A stretch of DNA of 24,440 nt from Elusimicrobiota bacterium (GCA_043819795.1 JBDREN010000007.1:1-24440); one strand, 5' to 3'; shown: positions 1 to 7,918, counted from the first letter of the stretch. The notes: generated by a model from the sequence alone, not told the origin. Translations and numbers: made by a program.

Positions 1-218
1 GAAGTGCTTTGGCGCGGCATGGCGCGTTTGGCTGATATCGATATGGCTTACAACCTTTACCACTGACGCCTCCATCATGAATCTTCTCAAAAATCCCCAT
101 CTCCCCTTGTGCTCAAAATAGTTGTGGGTAAAGATTAGCCCGACGGGGGAGAGGGTCAGGGTGAGGGGGGGAAAACTCATGGAGGTGTCCACTCGTATAC
201 GGTAACGAGGCATCGCCC

Positions 219-455
219 ATGAACCCGATAGACTTCGAGCTGGACGGAGGCCAGCATCGAGAGCGCCGACAGTACGATAAGAAACGGACCGCCTTCCTGC
301 GGTCGAAGGGGTGGCGGGTCCTCCGCTTCTGGGACAACGACGCCCTGCTGGAAACGGATTGCGTGCTGGGGGCGATTCTAGAGGCTTTGCCCGACCGACC
401 CTCACCCGCGCTTCGCCGCGCTCAGCGCGACCTCTCCCGCAAGCGGGAGAGGTAA
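219..455 (+). pseudogene. DUF559 (Vsr-like) endonuclease with 51-codon in-frame internal deletion
   Basis: MNPIDF joins directly to ELDGGQH...D..RTAFLRSKGWRVLRFW. The 7159-7548 copy has 51 extra residues here, including T.AE..LW, FRRQHPIGPY and VDF. Confidence 0.85.
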
Positions 456-488
456 TCCCGCCACTCCCGCAGGTGGGAGAGGTAATCC
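399..488. repeat. REP-like palindromic hairpins downstream of DUF559
   Basis: CCCTCACCC (399-407), perfect hairpin ACCTCTCCCGC-AA-GCGGGAGAGGT (430-453), then a ~30-bp degenerate duplicate (CTCCCGCAGGTGGGAGAGGTAATCC). Inverted partner GGGAGAGGGTCAGGGTGAGGG lies at 147-167. Confidence 0.75.
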
Positions 489-752
489 GCCCCTCCTTCC
501 CCACGAAGCGGGGCAGAGGGGATAGAACGGTTGTTGATGGGACACCCAATCTCCGATGCCTCTCCGTCGGAGAGGCGGAGGATTCAGGAAGCCTTGCGGA
601 AGTCGGGAACGGTGTTGCGACTGCACGGCGGCGCAGACTGCCGGCGGATGTTGACCGGCATCGCCTCCGGGGAAAGTGATTGCGCTCAAAAGGGCGGATC
701 TTCCGAGCGGCTTGCGGAGGACGGGGATGCCGCGCGGATGGGAGAGCCGCGA

Positions 753-1130
753 TCAGCCGCCGGTCCCGCGGCCCAGCGCCTCGGCCACGGTCTTGCGCAT
801 CGCGGTGATGTCGAAGGGCTTGTTCACGTAGCCGGTCACCTGCAACTCCTCGGCGCGATCCTCGCTGTCGTCTTCCGGGGACCCGGTGATGACGAGCACG
901 GGCATTTTGGGGTGACGCTCGCGGGCTTCCTTGACGAGGTCCCAGCCGCTTCCGTCGCCGAGGCGCAGGTCCGCGATGAGAAGATCGAACCCGCCTTCCG
1001 CCATGCGCTTGCGGCCCTCTGCGAGGCTTCCGGCCTCGTCGAGGACGCGGGACGGGTCCTTAAGGATCCGCCGCAGCACGGCCCGGACCGGCGGCTCGTC
1101 GTCGACCAGCAGGATCCTATGTTGTCCCAT
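753..1130 (-). CDS. Single-domain response regulator (REC)
   Basis: ILLVDDE, FDLLIADLRL (phosphoacceptor D), VLVITG, YVNKPF; overlaps the stop of the upstream kinase. Confidence 0.93.
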   Translation of the reverse strand: MGQHRILLVDDEPPVRAVLRRILKDPSRVLDEAGSLAEGRKRMAEGGFDLLIADLRLGDGSGWDLVKEARERHPKMPVLVITGSPEDDSEDRAEELQVTGYVNKPFDITAMRKTVAEALGRGTGG

Positions 1131-2385
1131 TGCGTCCTCCCCGGGGCAGCTCGACGGTGAAAGTCGTCCCCTCGCCCTCCCGGCTCTTGACCGAGATGGC
1201 CCCTCCGTGCGAGGCGATGATGCCGTGAGAGATCGACAGGCCGAGGCCGGTGCCCTTCCCGGCCTCCTTGGTGCTGAAAAAGGGATCGAAGAGCTTGTCG
1301 ATGTTCTTCTTGGATATTCCCGCGCCGGTGTCCTGGAAATGGATCCGTACCCTGCCGGCCTTCTCTTCGACGCGGATGATCAGCTTCTTCGTGGGCCGCT
1401 CCTGCATCGCGTGCATGGCGTTGGTGATGAGGTTCAAAAATACCTGCCGGGCCTGGAACGGGTCGGCGTAGACCGTGGGCGAGGGGGCGGGGCATTTCTG
1501 GTCCACGTCCACCCGGGACTTGCACAGGTCGTATTTCGCCAGGCTCATCGTCGATTCCAGGAGCGAGGACACCTGCACGTTCTCACGCTTGGGCTTGTTC
1601 TTGCGGCTGAACTGCAGCAGGTCCGATATGATCCGGCGGCAGCGCTGGGACTGGTCGTTGACCACGGTGAGCGAGCTCCGCTGCTCTTCGGTGAGCTTCT
1701 CGTCCTCGAGCAGGAGCTGGGTGAAGCCCATGATGCTGGTCAAGGGGTTGTTGAGCTCGTGGGCCACGCCCGCGGCCAGGCGGCCCACGGCCGCGAGCTT
1801 GTCCGAGTGCATGAGCTGGACCTCGGCCTGCTCCAGGCGCTTGCGCGCTTTCTGCGCCTGGCCCACGAGGAAGGAGACGAAGAAGGCGATCAGGTAGAAG
1901 AAGGGTATCCGCAGCAGGACTTGGGCGCTCATGAGCTGGGCTTCGCGTCCCCCGCGCGTCCAGAAGAACAGGTAGACCAGGCTCGCGACGGTCCCCGTCA
2001 GGAAGCTCTGCCAGGCCTCCACCTGGAGCCCGGACATGAAGATGACGAGGAAATAGAGCAGGTATAGGTCGCTGTCGAGCCCGTCGCTGGCGTAGATGAC
2101 CAGGGAGATGATGACGATGTCGAAGATGAACAGGGCCGACTGGACGAGAGGCTGGCTCCACCTTTCGCGGGGGACGACGAGGAGCGCGGTGTTCGAGAAC
2201 AAATACAGCAACACGAGGGCGAAGGGAGTTAATGAGAAGGACGCCTGCATCTTCGGGCTGAACAGCAGGAAGAAGTTCAGCAGGAGGAAGATGACCAGCC
2301 GCAGGCAGAGCAGGGCGGACTGCTCATCGAGGCTGAATGTCGCCGGGTTCCGCTTTTCGGGGGAGGCGGTGGATGCCTCAGCCAT
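1117..2385 (-). CDS. Membrane-bound sensor histidine kinase (NtrB-type core, multi-TM PilS-like N-terminus)
   Basis: About 5-6 hydrophobic segments with a D...G..S..Y pattern; H-box AGVAHELNNPL; NLITNA, DTGAGI, FDPFFSTK, GTGLGL. Start moved to ATG 2385 because GGAGG lies upstream. Confidence 0.93.
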   Translation of the reverse strand: MAEASTASPEKRNPATFSLDEQSALLCLRLVIFLLLNFFLLFSPKMQASFSLTPFALVLLYLFSNTALLVVPRERWSQPLVQSALFIFDIVIISLVIYASDGLDSDLYLLYFLVIFMSGLQVEAWQSFLTGTVASLVYLFFWTRGGREAQLMSAQVLLRIPFFYLIAFFVSFLVGQAQKARKRLEQAEVQLMHSDKLAAVGRLAAGVAHELNNPLTSIMGFTQLLLEDEKLTEEQRSSLTVVNDQSQRCRRIISDLLQFSRKNKPKRENVQVSSLLESTMSLAKYDLCKSRVDVDQKCPAPSPTVYADPFQARQVFLNLITNAMHAMQERPTKKLIIRVEEKAGRVRIHFQDTGAGISKKNIDKLFDPFFSTKEAGKGTGLGLSISHGIIASHGGAISVKSREGEGTTFTVELPRGGRNGTT

Positions 2386-3187
2386 TGTTCCGTTTCCTCC
2401 CGCTCTTTCCGTTCGCCGTTGTCCGGCCGGCGTTGCGGCGGGGAGCATTTTCCCCGGCGCCGGAGTCCGCGGACTGCGCCTCGAATTTGTAGCCGTAGCC
2501 GGTCACGCTGACCAGCCGCCTGCCCACCTCGGGGCCGAGCTTCTTGCGCAAGGAGGACACATGGACCTCGACCGTGTGGGGGTCGTTGTAGTCGGCCAGA
2601 TCGTAGCCCCAAACCGACTCGAGGAGATGGCGCGTCTGGAGCACCCGGTCCGGCTGCCGCATGAAGGACATGAGGAGGTCGAACTCCTTGCGGGTGAGCT
2701 TGACCTGAGCGCCGCGCACGCTGACCGTGCGGCCGGCCGGGTCCAGCTGCAGGCCGCAGGTCTTGAGTATCTCGGCGCCCTCGCCCGGCTGCTCGAAGCG
2801 CCTCAGGACCGCGTGGACGCGGGCCAGAAGGACCTTGAACGAGAAGGGCTTGAGGATGTAGTCGTCCGCCCCGCTGTCGAAGCCGCAGATCTGGTCCGTT
2901 TCCCCGATCCGGGCTCCCGACATCAGGATCACTGGGATGGAGCGCGTGCGGGCATCCTTTTTTAGGAGGCGGCACAGCCGAATCCCGTCCATACCCGGCA
3001 TCTCCGCGTCGGTGACGATGACCTGCGGAGCCACCTCCTGGATGATGGCGTAGGCGGCCGAGCCTTCCCGCGCGGTGACGACGTTGAAGCCGTGCGCTTT
3101 CAGATAGGACGAGACGCTCTGGAGCACGGAGGGGTCGTCGTCCACGACCAGGACCGATATCCCCGAGGGTTCTTGTCGGCGCGTCAT
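2378..3187 (-). CDS. OmpR/PhoB-family response regulator (REC + winged helix)
   Basis: VLVVDDD, VTDAEMP, GADDYILKPF, LTRKEFDLL, VWGYD..DYNDPHTVEVHVSSLRKKLG, GYGYKF; about 30-aa C-terminal extension. Confidence 0.95.
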   Translation of the reverse strand: MTRRQEPSGISVLVVDDDPSVLQSVSSYLKAHGFNVVTAREGSAAYAIIQEVAPQVIVTDAEMPGMDGIRLCRLLKKDARTRSIPVILMSGARIGETDQICGFDSGADDYILKPFSFKVLLARVHAVLRRFEQPGEGAEILKTCGLQLDPAGRTVSVRGAQVKLTRKEFDLLMSFMRQPDRVLQTRHLLESVWGYDLADYNDPHTVEVHVSSLRKKLGPEVGRRLVSVTGYGYKFEAQSADSGAGENAPRRNAGRTTANGKSGRKRNNG

Positions 3188-3789
3188 TTCTTGCCCTCCC
3201 GAACGGCGGTTGGAGCCAGCCGATAAAGACTCCTCTCCATCTCCGCTATGTCGAACGGCTTCCCGACGAAATCGTCCGCCCCGGCCTCAAGGCATTCCTT
3301 CCGGGTCTCCTCGACCGCGTAGCCGCTTACGGCCAGCACGCGCACGCGCCGGAAGCGCCGGGTGTTCCGGATCGACCGGCAGATCCTCATGCCGTCCACT
3401 CCGGGCAGCCGGATGTCGAGGACCACGAGGTCCGGCACGAGCTCGGTGATCTTGTGGCCGGCCTCGAACCCGTCGGCGGCCTCATGGATCTCCGCTTCAG
3501 GGGCCACCTTGCCGACCACGCGCGCGATGAGCTTGCGGGTGGGCTGCTCGTCGTCCACGATCAGCACCGTCCACCGTGCGGATGCCCGCAGTTCCGGCGG
3601 CGCGGGGATGTTGTGCTCCCGCAGGAAGGCGACGACGTCCTCGGCCCATACCCTGCGGTGACCGCCCGCGGTGGTGAAAGAGGGGAGCTTGCCTTCCTTG
3701 ATCCAGCGCCCCACTGTCGGCGGCGTGACATCGCACAATCGGGCCAACTCCGTGGTCCCTAGGCCGCGTTTTATGTTTGCACTATTCAT
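3184..3789 (-). CDS. Response regulator with N-terminal excisionase/MerR-like HTH and C-terminal REC
   Basis: TTELARLCDVTPPTVGRWIKEGKLPSFTTAGGHRRV, then VLIVDDE, PDLVVLDIRLPG, GADDFVGKPF. Confidence 0.92.
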   Translation of the reverse strand: MNSANIKRGLGTTELARLCDVTPPTVGRWIKEGKLPSFTTAGGHRRVWAEDVVAFLREHNIPAPPELRASARWTVLIVDDEQPTRKLIARVVGKVAPEAEIHEAADGFEAGHKITELVPDLVVLDIRLPGVDGMRICRSIRNTRRFRRVRVLAVSGYAVEETRKECLEAGADDFVGKPFDIAEMERSLYRLAPTAVREGKK

Positions 3790-3794
3790 TATGT

Positions 3795-3828
3795 ATTATA
3801 ACTATAACACGTTTATACTGTTTGTCAA
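3795..3828 (-). promoter_or_regulatory. Sigma70-type promoter for the HTH-REC/OmpR/kinase/REC operon
   Basis: Minus strand TTGACA-N16-TATAGT (TGn-extended), immediately followed by TATAAT 5 nt before ATG 3789; AT-rich island in GC-rich DNA. Confidence 0.7.
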
Positions 3829-3842
3829 GACCCAGTGACAAA

Positions 3843-3993
3843 AGTCAATCCAGCGCCGCAGGCTTGCCCTGCGGTGCTTAATCCCCTGCGTCATTGGGAA
3901 CCCCATCGCAAGAATGTCGTTGTCCTTCCAGCGCCCGGGGCATGCGACATCCAGTCAATCCAGCCCCGCAGGCTTGCCCCGGGGTATTTTGAC
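3843..3993. repeat. Two direct 33-bp hairpin-containing repeats (IS200/IS605-end or REP-like)
   Basis: AGTCAATCCAGCGCCGCAGGCTTGCCCTGCGGT (3843-3875) and AGTCAATCCAGCCCCGCAGGCTTGCCCCGGGGT (3953-3985), 3 mismatches; the second is followed by ATTTTGAC. Confidence 0.7.
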
Positions 3994-4064
3994 ATGCGGT
4001 CAAATAGATGAAGTTTTTCAGCGTCCCAGGCGGGTCCCGCCGCAACTGTTCCGGCCGGGACGCT

Positions 4065-4475
4065 CTAAGGGCGATGGCCGCTTGTGTACACGAAATGCCG
4101 GGAGCGGGCGATGAGGTTCTTGATCCGGAACCTCAGCTCATCAGCGTTGAAGGGCTTGGCCACGTAGTCGTCCGCCCCGAAGTTCAGCCCGTGGATCATG
4201 TTCTCCTGGTCGGCGAGCCCGGTCAGCATGAGGACGGGGATGTGATTGGTGAAGGGGTCGTTCATCATCTCGGCCAACATGCCGTACCCGTCGAGCCGGG
4301 GCATCATGACGTCCACGACGACCAGGTCCGGCCTGTGCGCGCGCGCCATGTCCAGGCCCTCCATGCCGTCTCGAGCCGTCAGGACCTCATACTCGCCTCC
4401 GCCGAGAGATTTTGTGACCGTCCTGCGGACGGCGTCGTCGTCGTCCACCACCAATACGCGTCGCCTGGTTTTCAT
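4065..4475 (-). CDS. Single-domain response regulator (OmpR-like REC without DNA-binding domain)
   Basis: VLVVDDD, PDLVVVDVMMP, PVLMLTG, GADDYVAKPF; AAAGGAG RBS. Confidence 0.93.
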   Translation of the reverse strand: MKTRRRVLVVDDDDAVRRTVTKSLGGGEYEVLTARDGMEGLDMARAHRPDLVVVDVMMPRLDGYGMLAEMMNDPFTNHIPVLMLTGLADQENMIHGLNFGADDYVAKPFNADELRFRIKNLIARSRHFVYTSGHRP

Positions 4476-4517
4476 ATCCGCTCCTTTGCCGATATCCTGG
4501 TTGTACGCTCTTAGAGT

Positions 4518-4566
4518 CGCATGCGGGGCTCTCAGGGGGCTCAGGGAAAGCTCAAATCATCCGCAA
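4518..4566 (-). promoter_or_regulatory. Degenerate 11-bp-periodic TGAG box array
   Basis: Minus-strand half-sites TTGCG (4562), TTGAG (4551), CTGAG (4540), GAGAG (4529), ATGCG (4518); CTCAGGG...GCTCAAAT resembles 8328-8345 and 24180-24197. Confidence 0.55.
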
Positions 4567-4617
4567 ATCCCCGGAGCGGTGGGGGAATCCGGCGTGGCGG
4601 GATAGGGGGATCGCCTA

Positions 4618-4646
4618 TTGACAAACCGGGGTAAACGCGCTATATA
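4618..4646 (+). promoter_or_regulatory. Sigma70-type promoter upstream of hybrid kinase
   Basis: TTGACA-N17-TATATA, followed by CATAT; same layout as 8441-8474. Confidence 0.7.
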
Positions 4647-4727
4647 CATATATTACAAGGATTACTAATTTAGGGCGCGCTCCGAAGCGCCGGGGAGCCT
4701 CCGGGATTTTTTTGACGACGAAAGGCC

Positions 4728-6542
4728 ATGTCTGACCGAACGGTAAAACGCGGCGGAATTTGGAAAATATTGGGATCCCTGCGTAAATTCAGAAGCCTCC
4801 CTTTGCCCCAGAACCCTCAGTCCTGCGGGCTTCTGGGACTGGTGAACTTCCTCCTCGTGGCCTACATCTGCCACGAGGTCTATATCCTGCGCCATCCGGG
4901 CGCGGGCTGGACCGACGACGTGGGGCTCGTGGCCTTCTTGTTGGCCGTCCTCTTCGTGGTGCTCCTCACCTTCTCCGCCAGGGACCGGCGGTTCGCGGCC
5001 ACGGCCATGTCCAAGAGGGTCCTCGATGGTATTTTCGCGGGCATGCGCGACGCCCTGATCGTATTCCATCCGGACGGCACGATCCGGAAGGTCAACGAGG
5101 CGGCGATGAAGCTGTTGGGCTACTCCGAGCTGGAGCTGGTCGGCAGGCCGGCGCGCGATCTGTTCCCGCAGGGGGACGGCGCCGACAAGGTCGGCCGGCT
5201 CGACGAATGGATCCGTGCCGGCGCGCCCGGCGAACGGGAGCTGTACGTCCTCACCAAGGCGGGGGAGAGGGTCCCGGTGGAGTTCTCGGCCTCGCCCCTG
5301 CGCGACGAGCGGGGCCGGATGGCCGGGATCATCGGCGTCGCACGGGACATCAGCGAGCGCAAGGCGGCGGAGGTGAGGGAAACGGTCCTGCAGGAGCAGC
5401 TTCTGCACGCGGAGAAGCTGAACACGCTGGGCCAGTCTCTTTCCGGCATCGCGCACGAGATCAATAACCCCCTGACCGGGATCATGACCTTCTGCCAGCT
5501 CCTGCTCCAGGAGGACGCGATCCAGGGCGACGCGCGCCACCGCGAGGACGTGGAGACGATCTTGCGGGAGGCGGAGCGGTGCAAGAAGATCGTCAAGAAC
5601 GTGACGACCTTCGCCCGCAAGCACAAGCCCGAGAAGACCTTCGTCGGATTGAACGGCATACTGCAGGACTGCCTCCGCCTGCAGAGCCGGCTGTTTAGGA
5701 ACCGGCACATCCGGGTCCGGACCGAGCTGGCCGGCGACGTTCCGAAGACGATGGCGGACTTCCACCAGCTCCAGCAGGTCTTCTTCATCCTGATCAACAA
5801 CGCCCTCGACGTCCTGGAGGACCGTCCGGGAGAGGGAGCCGTCACGATCCGGACCCGGCGGGAGGGAGAGAACATCCGCGTGGAGTTCGAGGACGACGGG
5901 CCCGGCATCCCGGCGGACAACCTCCAGAAGATCTTCGAGCCGTTCTTCACCACCAAGGAGGTGGGCCGGGGCACGGGGCTCGGGCTCCCCATAGCCTACG
6001 GCATCATCGCGGAGCACGGCGGCCGGATCTGGGCCGAGAGCCGGCGGCAAGGGGCTCTGTTCGTCTTCGAGATCCCCGTCACCGAGGACGCCTCGCGCGC
6101 GGCCGGCGAAGCTCCGGCGGCCGAGCCCCCTCTTCCTTCCGGCTGGCGGGTGCTGGTGGTGGACGACGAGGACAGCATACTCACCGGCATCCTGCGGCTG
6201 CTCCGGCAGATGAACATGAGGCCGGACGTGGCCCGGGACGGGAAGGCGGCGTTGGAGAAGCTCCAGCAGGGCGACTACGACGCGGTCTTCTGCGACCTGA
6301 GGCTCCCGGGCTGCGACGGGATGGTGCTCTACCGCTGGATGAAGGAGAACAAGCCCGAGCTTGTTCCGCGCTGGGTATTCATCACCGGGTCGGCGAGCGA
6401 CGAGGCGCGGAGCTTTTTCGAGGGGCCCGATCTGGCCTGCCTCCAGAAGCCTTTCGGCGCTAAGGAGATCCGCGAGACGCTGTCCCGCCTGGCCGGGCCG
6501 GGGCCGCGCGGGGGGGGAGCGATGCATGAAGGGCACGCTTGA
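4728..6542 (+). CDS. Hybrid sensor kinase: 2 TM + PAS + HisKA/HATPase + REC
   Basis: Two hydrophobic helices; PAS (NEAAMKLLGYS...RDISERK); SGIAHEINNPL; FEPFFTTK; GTGLGL; C-terminal VLVVDDE...FCDLRLP...LQKPF. Confidence 0.95.
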   Translation: MSDRTVKRGGIWKILGSLRKFRSLPLPQNPQSCGLLGLVNFLLVAYICHEVYILRHPGAGWTDDVGLVAFLLAVLFVVLLTFSARDRRFAATAMSKRVLDGIFAGMRDALIVFHPDGTIRKVNEAAMKLLGYSELELVGRPARDLFPQGDGADKVGRLDEWIRAGAPGERELYVLTKAGERVPVEFSASPLRDERGRMAGIIGVARDISERKAAEVRETVLQEQLLHAEKLNTLGQSLSGIAHEINNPLTGIMTFCQLLLQEDAIQGDARHREDVETILREAERCKKIVKNVTTFARKHKPEKTFVGLNGILQDCLRLQSRLFRNRHIRVRTELAGDVPKTMADFHQLQQVFFILINNALDVLEDRPGEGAVTIRTRREGENIRVEFEDDGPGIPADNLQKIFEPFFTTKEVGRGTGLGLPIAYGIIAEHGGRIWAESRRQGALFVFEIPVTEDASRAAGEAPAAEPPLPSGWRVLVVDDEDSILTGILRLLRQMNMRPDVARDGKAALEKLQQGDYDAVFCDLRLPGCDGMVLYRWMKENKPELVPRWVFITGSASDEARSFFEGPDLACLQKPFGAKEIRETLSRLAGPGPRGGGAMHEGHA

Positions 6543-6930
6543 CGCCGGCGTGCTCGTCGTGGACGATGAACCGGCCATCCGGAGGCTCCTGACCCGCTGG
6601 CTGGAGCTGAAGGGATGCTCCGCCGCCGCCGCGGCGACGGCGGAAGAGGCCCTCGAGATGACGAGGGCCCGGCCCTACGACGTCATCCTGCTCGACGAGG
6701 GTCTTCCCGGGATGATGGGCCTGCCCGCCCTGATGGAGCTGTCCCGGCAGACCTCGGCCGCCATCATCATGATGACCGGCAGGCCGAGCGACGATCTCGA
6801 GAGGGACGCCCTGCTCCTGGGCGCCAGGGCCTTCGTGCGCAAGCCCCTGGACCTGGATGCCCTGGAGCGCACGATCAGGGAATCCCTTCGCGGGAAAGAA
6901 GGAGCCGCGCCTTCAGCCGGAGGATCCTAG
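6526..6930 (+). CDS. Single-domain response regulator (REC)
   Basis: VLVVDDE, YDVILLDEGLPG, IIMMTG, FVRKP; ATG 6526 overlaps the end of the upstream kinase. Confidence 0.92.
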   Translation: MKGTLDAGVLVVDDEPAIRRLLTRWLELKGCSAAAAATAEEALEMTRARPYDVILLDEGLPGMMGLPALMELSRQTSAAIIMMTGRPSDDLERDALLLGARAFVRKPLDLDALERTIRESLRGKEGAAPSAGGS

Positions 6931-7036
6931 GCAGCGGCGCGGTCCTCCGAGCCGGGCTCCTCCGGCTCCATCGGGCGGCCTACAGTAGGCTCACCCCCCA
7001 TCAAGTCCCAGCCCTCTAAGGACGATATACCCTCTT
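6915..7036. repeat. Left copy of 122-bp direct repeat (putative long target-site duplication)
   Basis: Matches 7783-7904 without gaps, 6 mismatches by eye; abuts the element TIR and includes the stop codon of the 6526-6930 gene. Confidence 0.9.
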
Positions 7037-7782
7037 CCTGACTTCCGCAAGGCTTCCTGAATCCTCCGCCTCTCCGACGGAGAGGCATTGGAGATCGGGT
7101 GTCCCATCAACAACCGTTATGTCCCCTCCGCCCCGCTTCGTGGGGGAGGATGGGGGGATCACCTCTCCCGCTTGCGGGAGAGGTCGCGCGGAGCGCCGCG
7201 AAGCGCGGGTGAGGGTCGGTTGGGCAAGGCCTCTGGAATCGCCCCCAGCACGCAATCCGTTTCCAGCGGGGCGTCGTTGTCCCGGAAGCGGAGGACCTGC
7301 CACCCCTTCGAGCGCAGGAAGGCGGTCCGTTTCTTATCGTAGTGTCGGCGCTCTCGATGCTGGCCTCCGTCTAGCTCGACGACCAAACGGCTTTCGACGC
7401 GGCAGAAGTCCACGATGTAGGGGCCGATGGGGTGCTGGCGGCGGAATTTCCATCCGGCCGGCCTTCGCGATCGCAGGTGGCGCCAGATGCGGGCCTCGGC
7501 GTCTGTGGGGGTCCGGCGCAGACCGCGAGCGAAGCCTATCGGGTTCATGGGCGATGCCTCGTTACCGTATACGAGCGAACGCCTCCATGAGTTCCCCCCC
7601 TCACCCTGACCCTCTCCCCCGAAGGGCTAATCTTTACCCACAACTATTTTGAGCACAAGGGGAGATAGGGATTTTTTAGAAGATTCATGATGGAGGCGTC
7701 AGTGGTAAAGGTTGTAAGCCATACGACGGAAACGGTGGCTTACCATACGGCTTTGTCTGGGTGTCCCATCGCGGAAGTCAGG
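7037..7782. mobile_element. Non-autonomous TIR element (IS1634/IS1549-like by insertion signature) carrying DUF559
   Basis: Perfect 12-bp TIRs CCTGACTTCCGC (7037-7048) and GCGGAAGTCAGG (7771-7782), flanked precisely by 122-bp direct repeats; second copy at 42-607; no transposase inside. Confidence 0.8.
7159..7548 (-). CDS. DUF559 / Vsr-like endonuclease domain protein (possibly decaying)
   Basis: ARGLRRTPTDAEARIW, KFRRQHPIGPYIVDF, LVVELDGGQH, D..RTAFL...G..VLRF. It has RFRD where the other copy has RFWD. Flanked by hairpin 7161-7184 and CCCTCACCCTGACCCTCTCCC 7598-7618. Confidence 0.85.
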   Translation of the reverse strand: MNPIGFARGLRRTPTDAEARIWRHLRSRRPAGWKFRRQHPIGPYIVDFCRVESRLVVELDGGQHRERRHYDKKRTAFLRSKGWQVLRFRDNDAPLETDCVLGAIPEALPNRPSPALRGAPRDLSRKRER

Positions 7783-7904
7783 AGCCGGCGGATCCTAGGC
7801 AGCGGCGCGGTCCTCCGAGCCGGTCCCCTCCGACTCCGTCGGGCGGCGTACAGTAGGCTCACCCCCCATCAAGTCCCAGCCCTCTAAGGACGATATACCC
7901 TCTT
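7783..7904. repeat. Right copy of 122-bp direct repeat
   Basis: Matches 6915-7036. Confidence 0.9.
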
Positions 7905-7918
7905 CGGCTCGCCGGCGT

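Larger units (their letters stand above)
42..607 (+). mobile_element. Partial or diverged copy of the TIR-bounded DUF559-carrying element (inverted relative to 7037-7782)
   Basis: 42-607 is closely similar to the reverse complement of 7037-7723 and ends in GCGGAAGTCGGG (596-607), a one-mismatch version of the TIR GCGGAAGTCAGG. Bases 1-41 do not match the other copy, so its second end is not visible. Confidence 0.8.

Noticed and set aside
531..610. C-terminal remnant of a transposase reading into the TIR (...QEALRKSG)
   Set aside because: Too short and without motifs; cannot be distinguished from chance.
3600..3789. Prophage or ICE excisionase
   Set aside because: The HTH is fused to a REC domain, and no integrase, att/tRNA or phage genes are present.
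3843..3993. Possible mini-CRISPR array
   Set aside because: Only two repeats, 77 bp between them, and no cas genes in the window.
4665..6578. Long antisense or alternate-frame ORFs (e.g. 4665-6578 -, 931-2067 +, 8865-10121 -, 12676-14181 +, 16069-18099 +)
   Set aside because: They shadow clear kinase and regulator genes in high-GC DNA and have no recognisable motifs.
7159..7548. DUF559 as the transposase of the TIR element or as a defence/repair gene
   Set aside because: It is 129 aa with no DDE motif, has no methylase or defence partners nearby, and is damaged in at least one copy.
42..7782. Single composite transposon carrying 608-7036
   Set aside because: The right element has its own flanking direct repeats and there is no transposase, so independent insertions are the simpler explanation.
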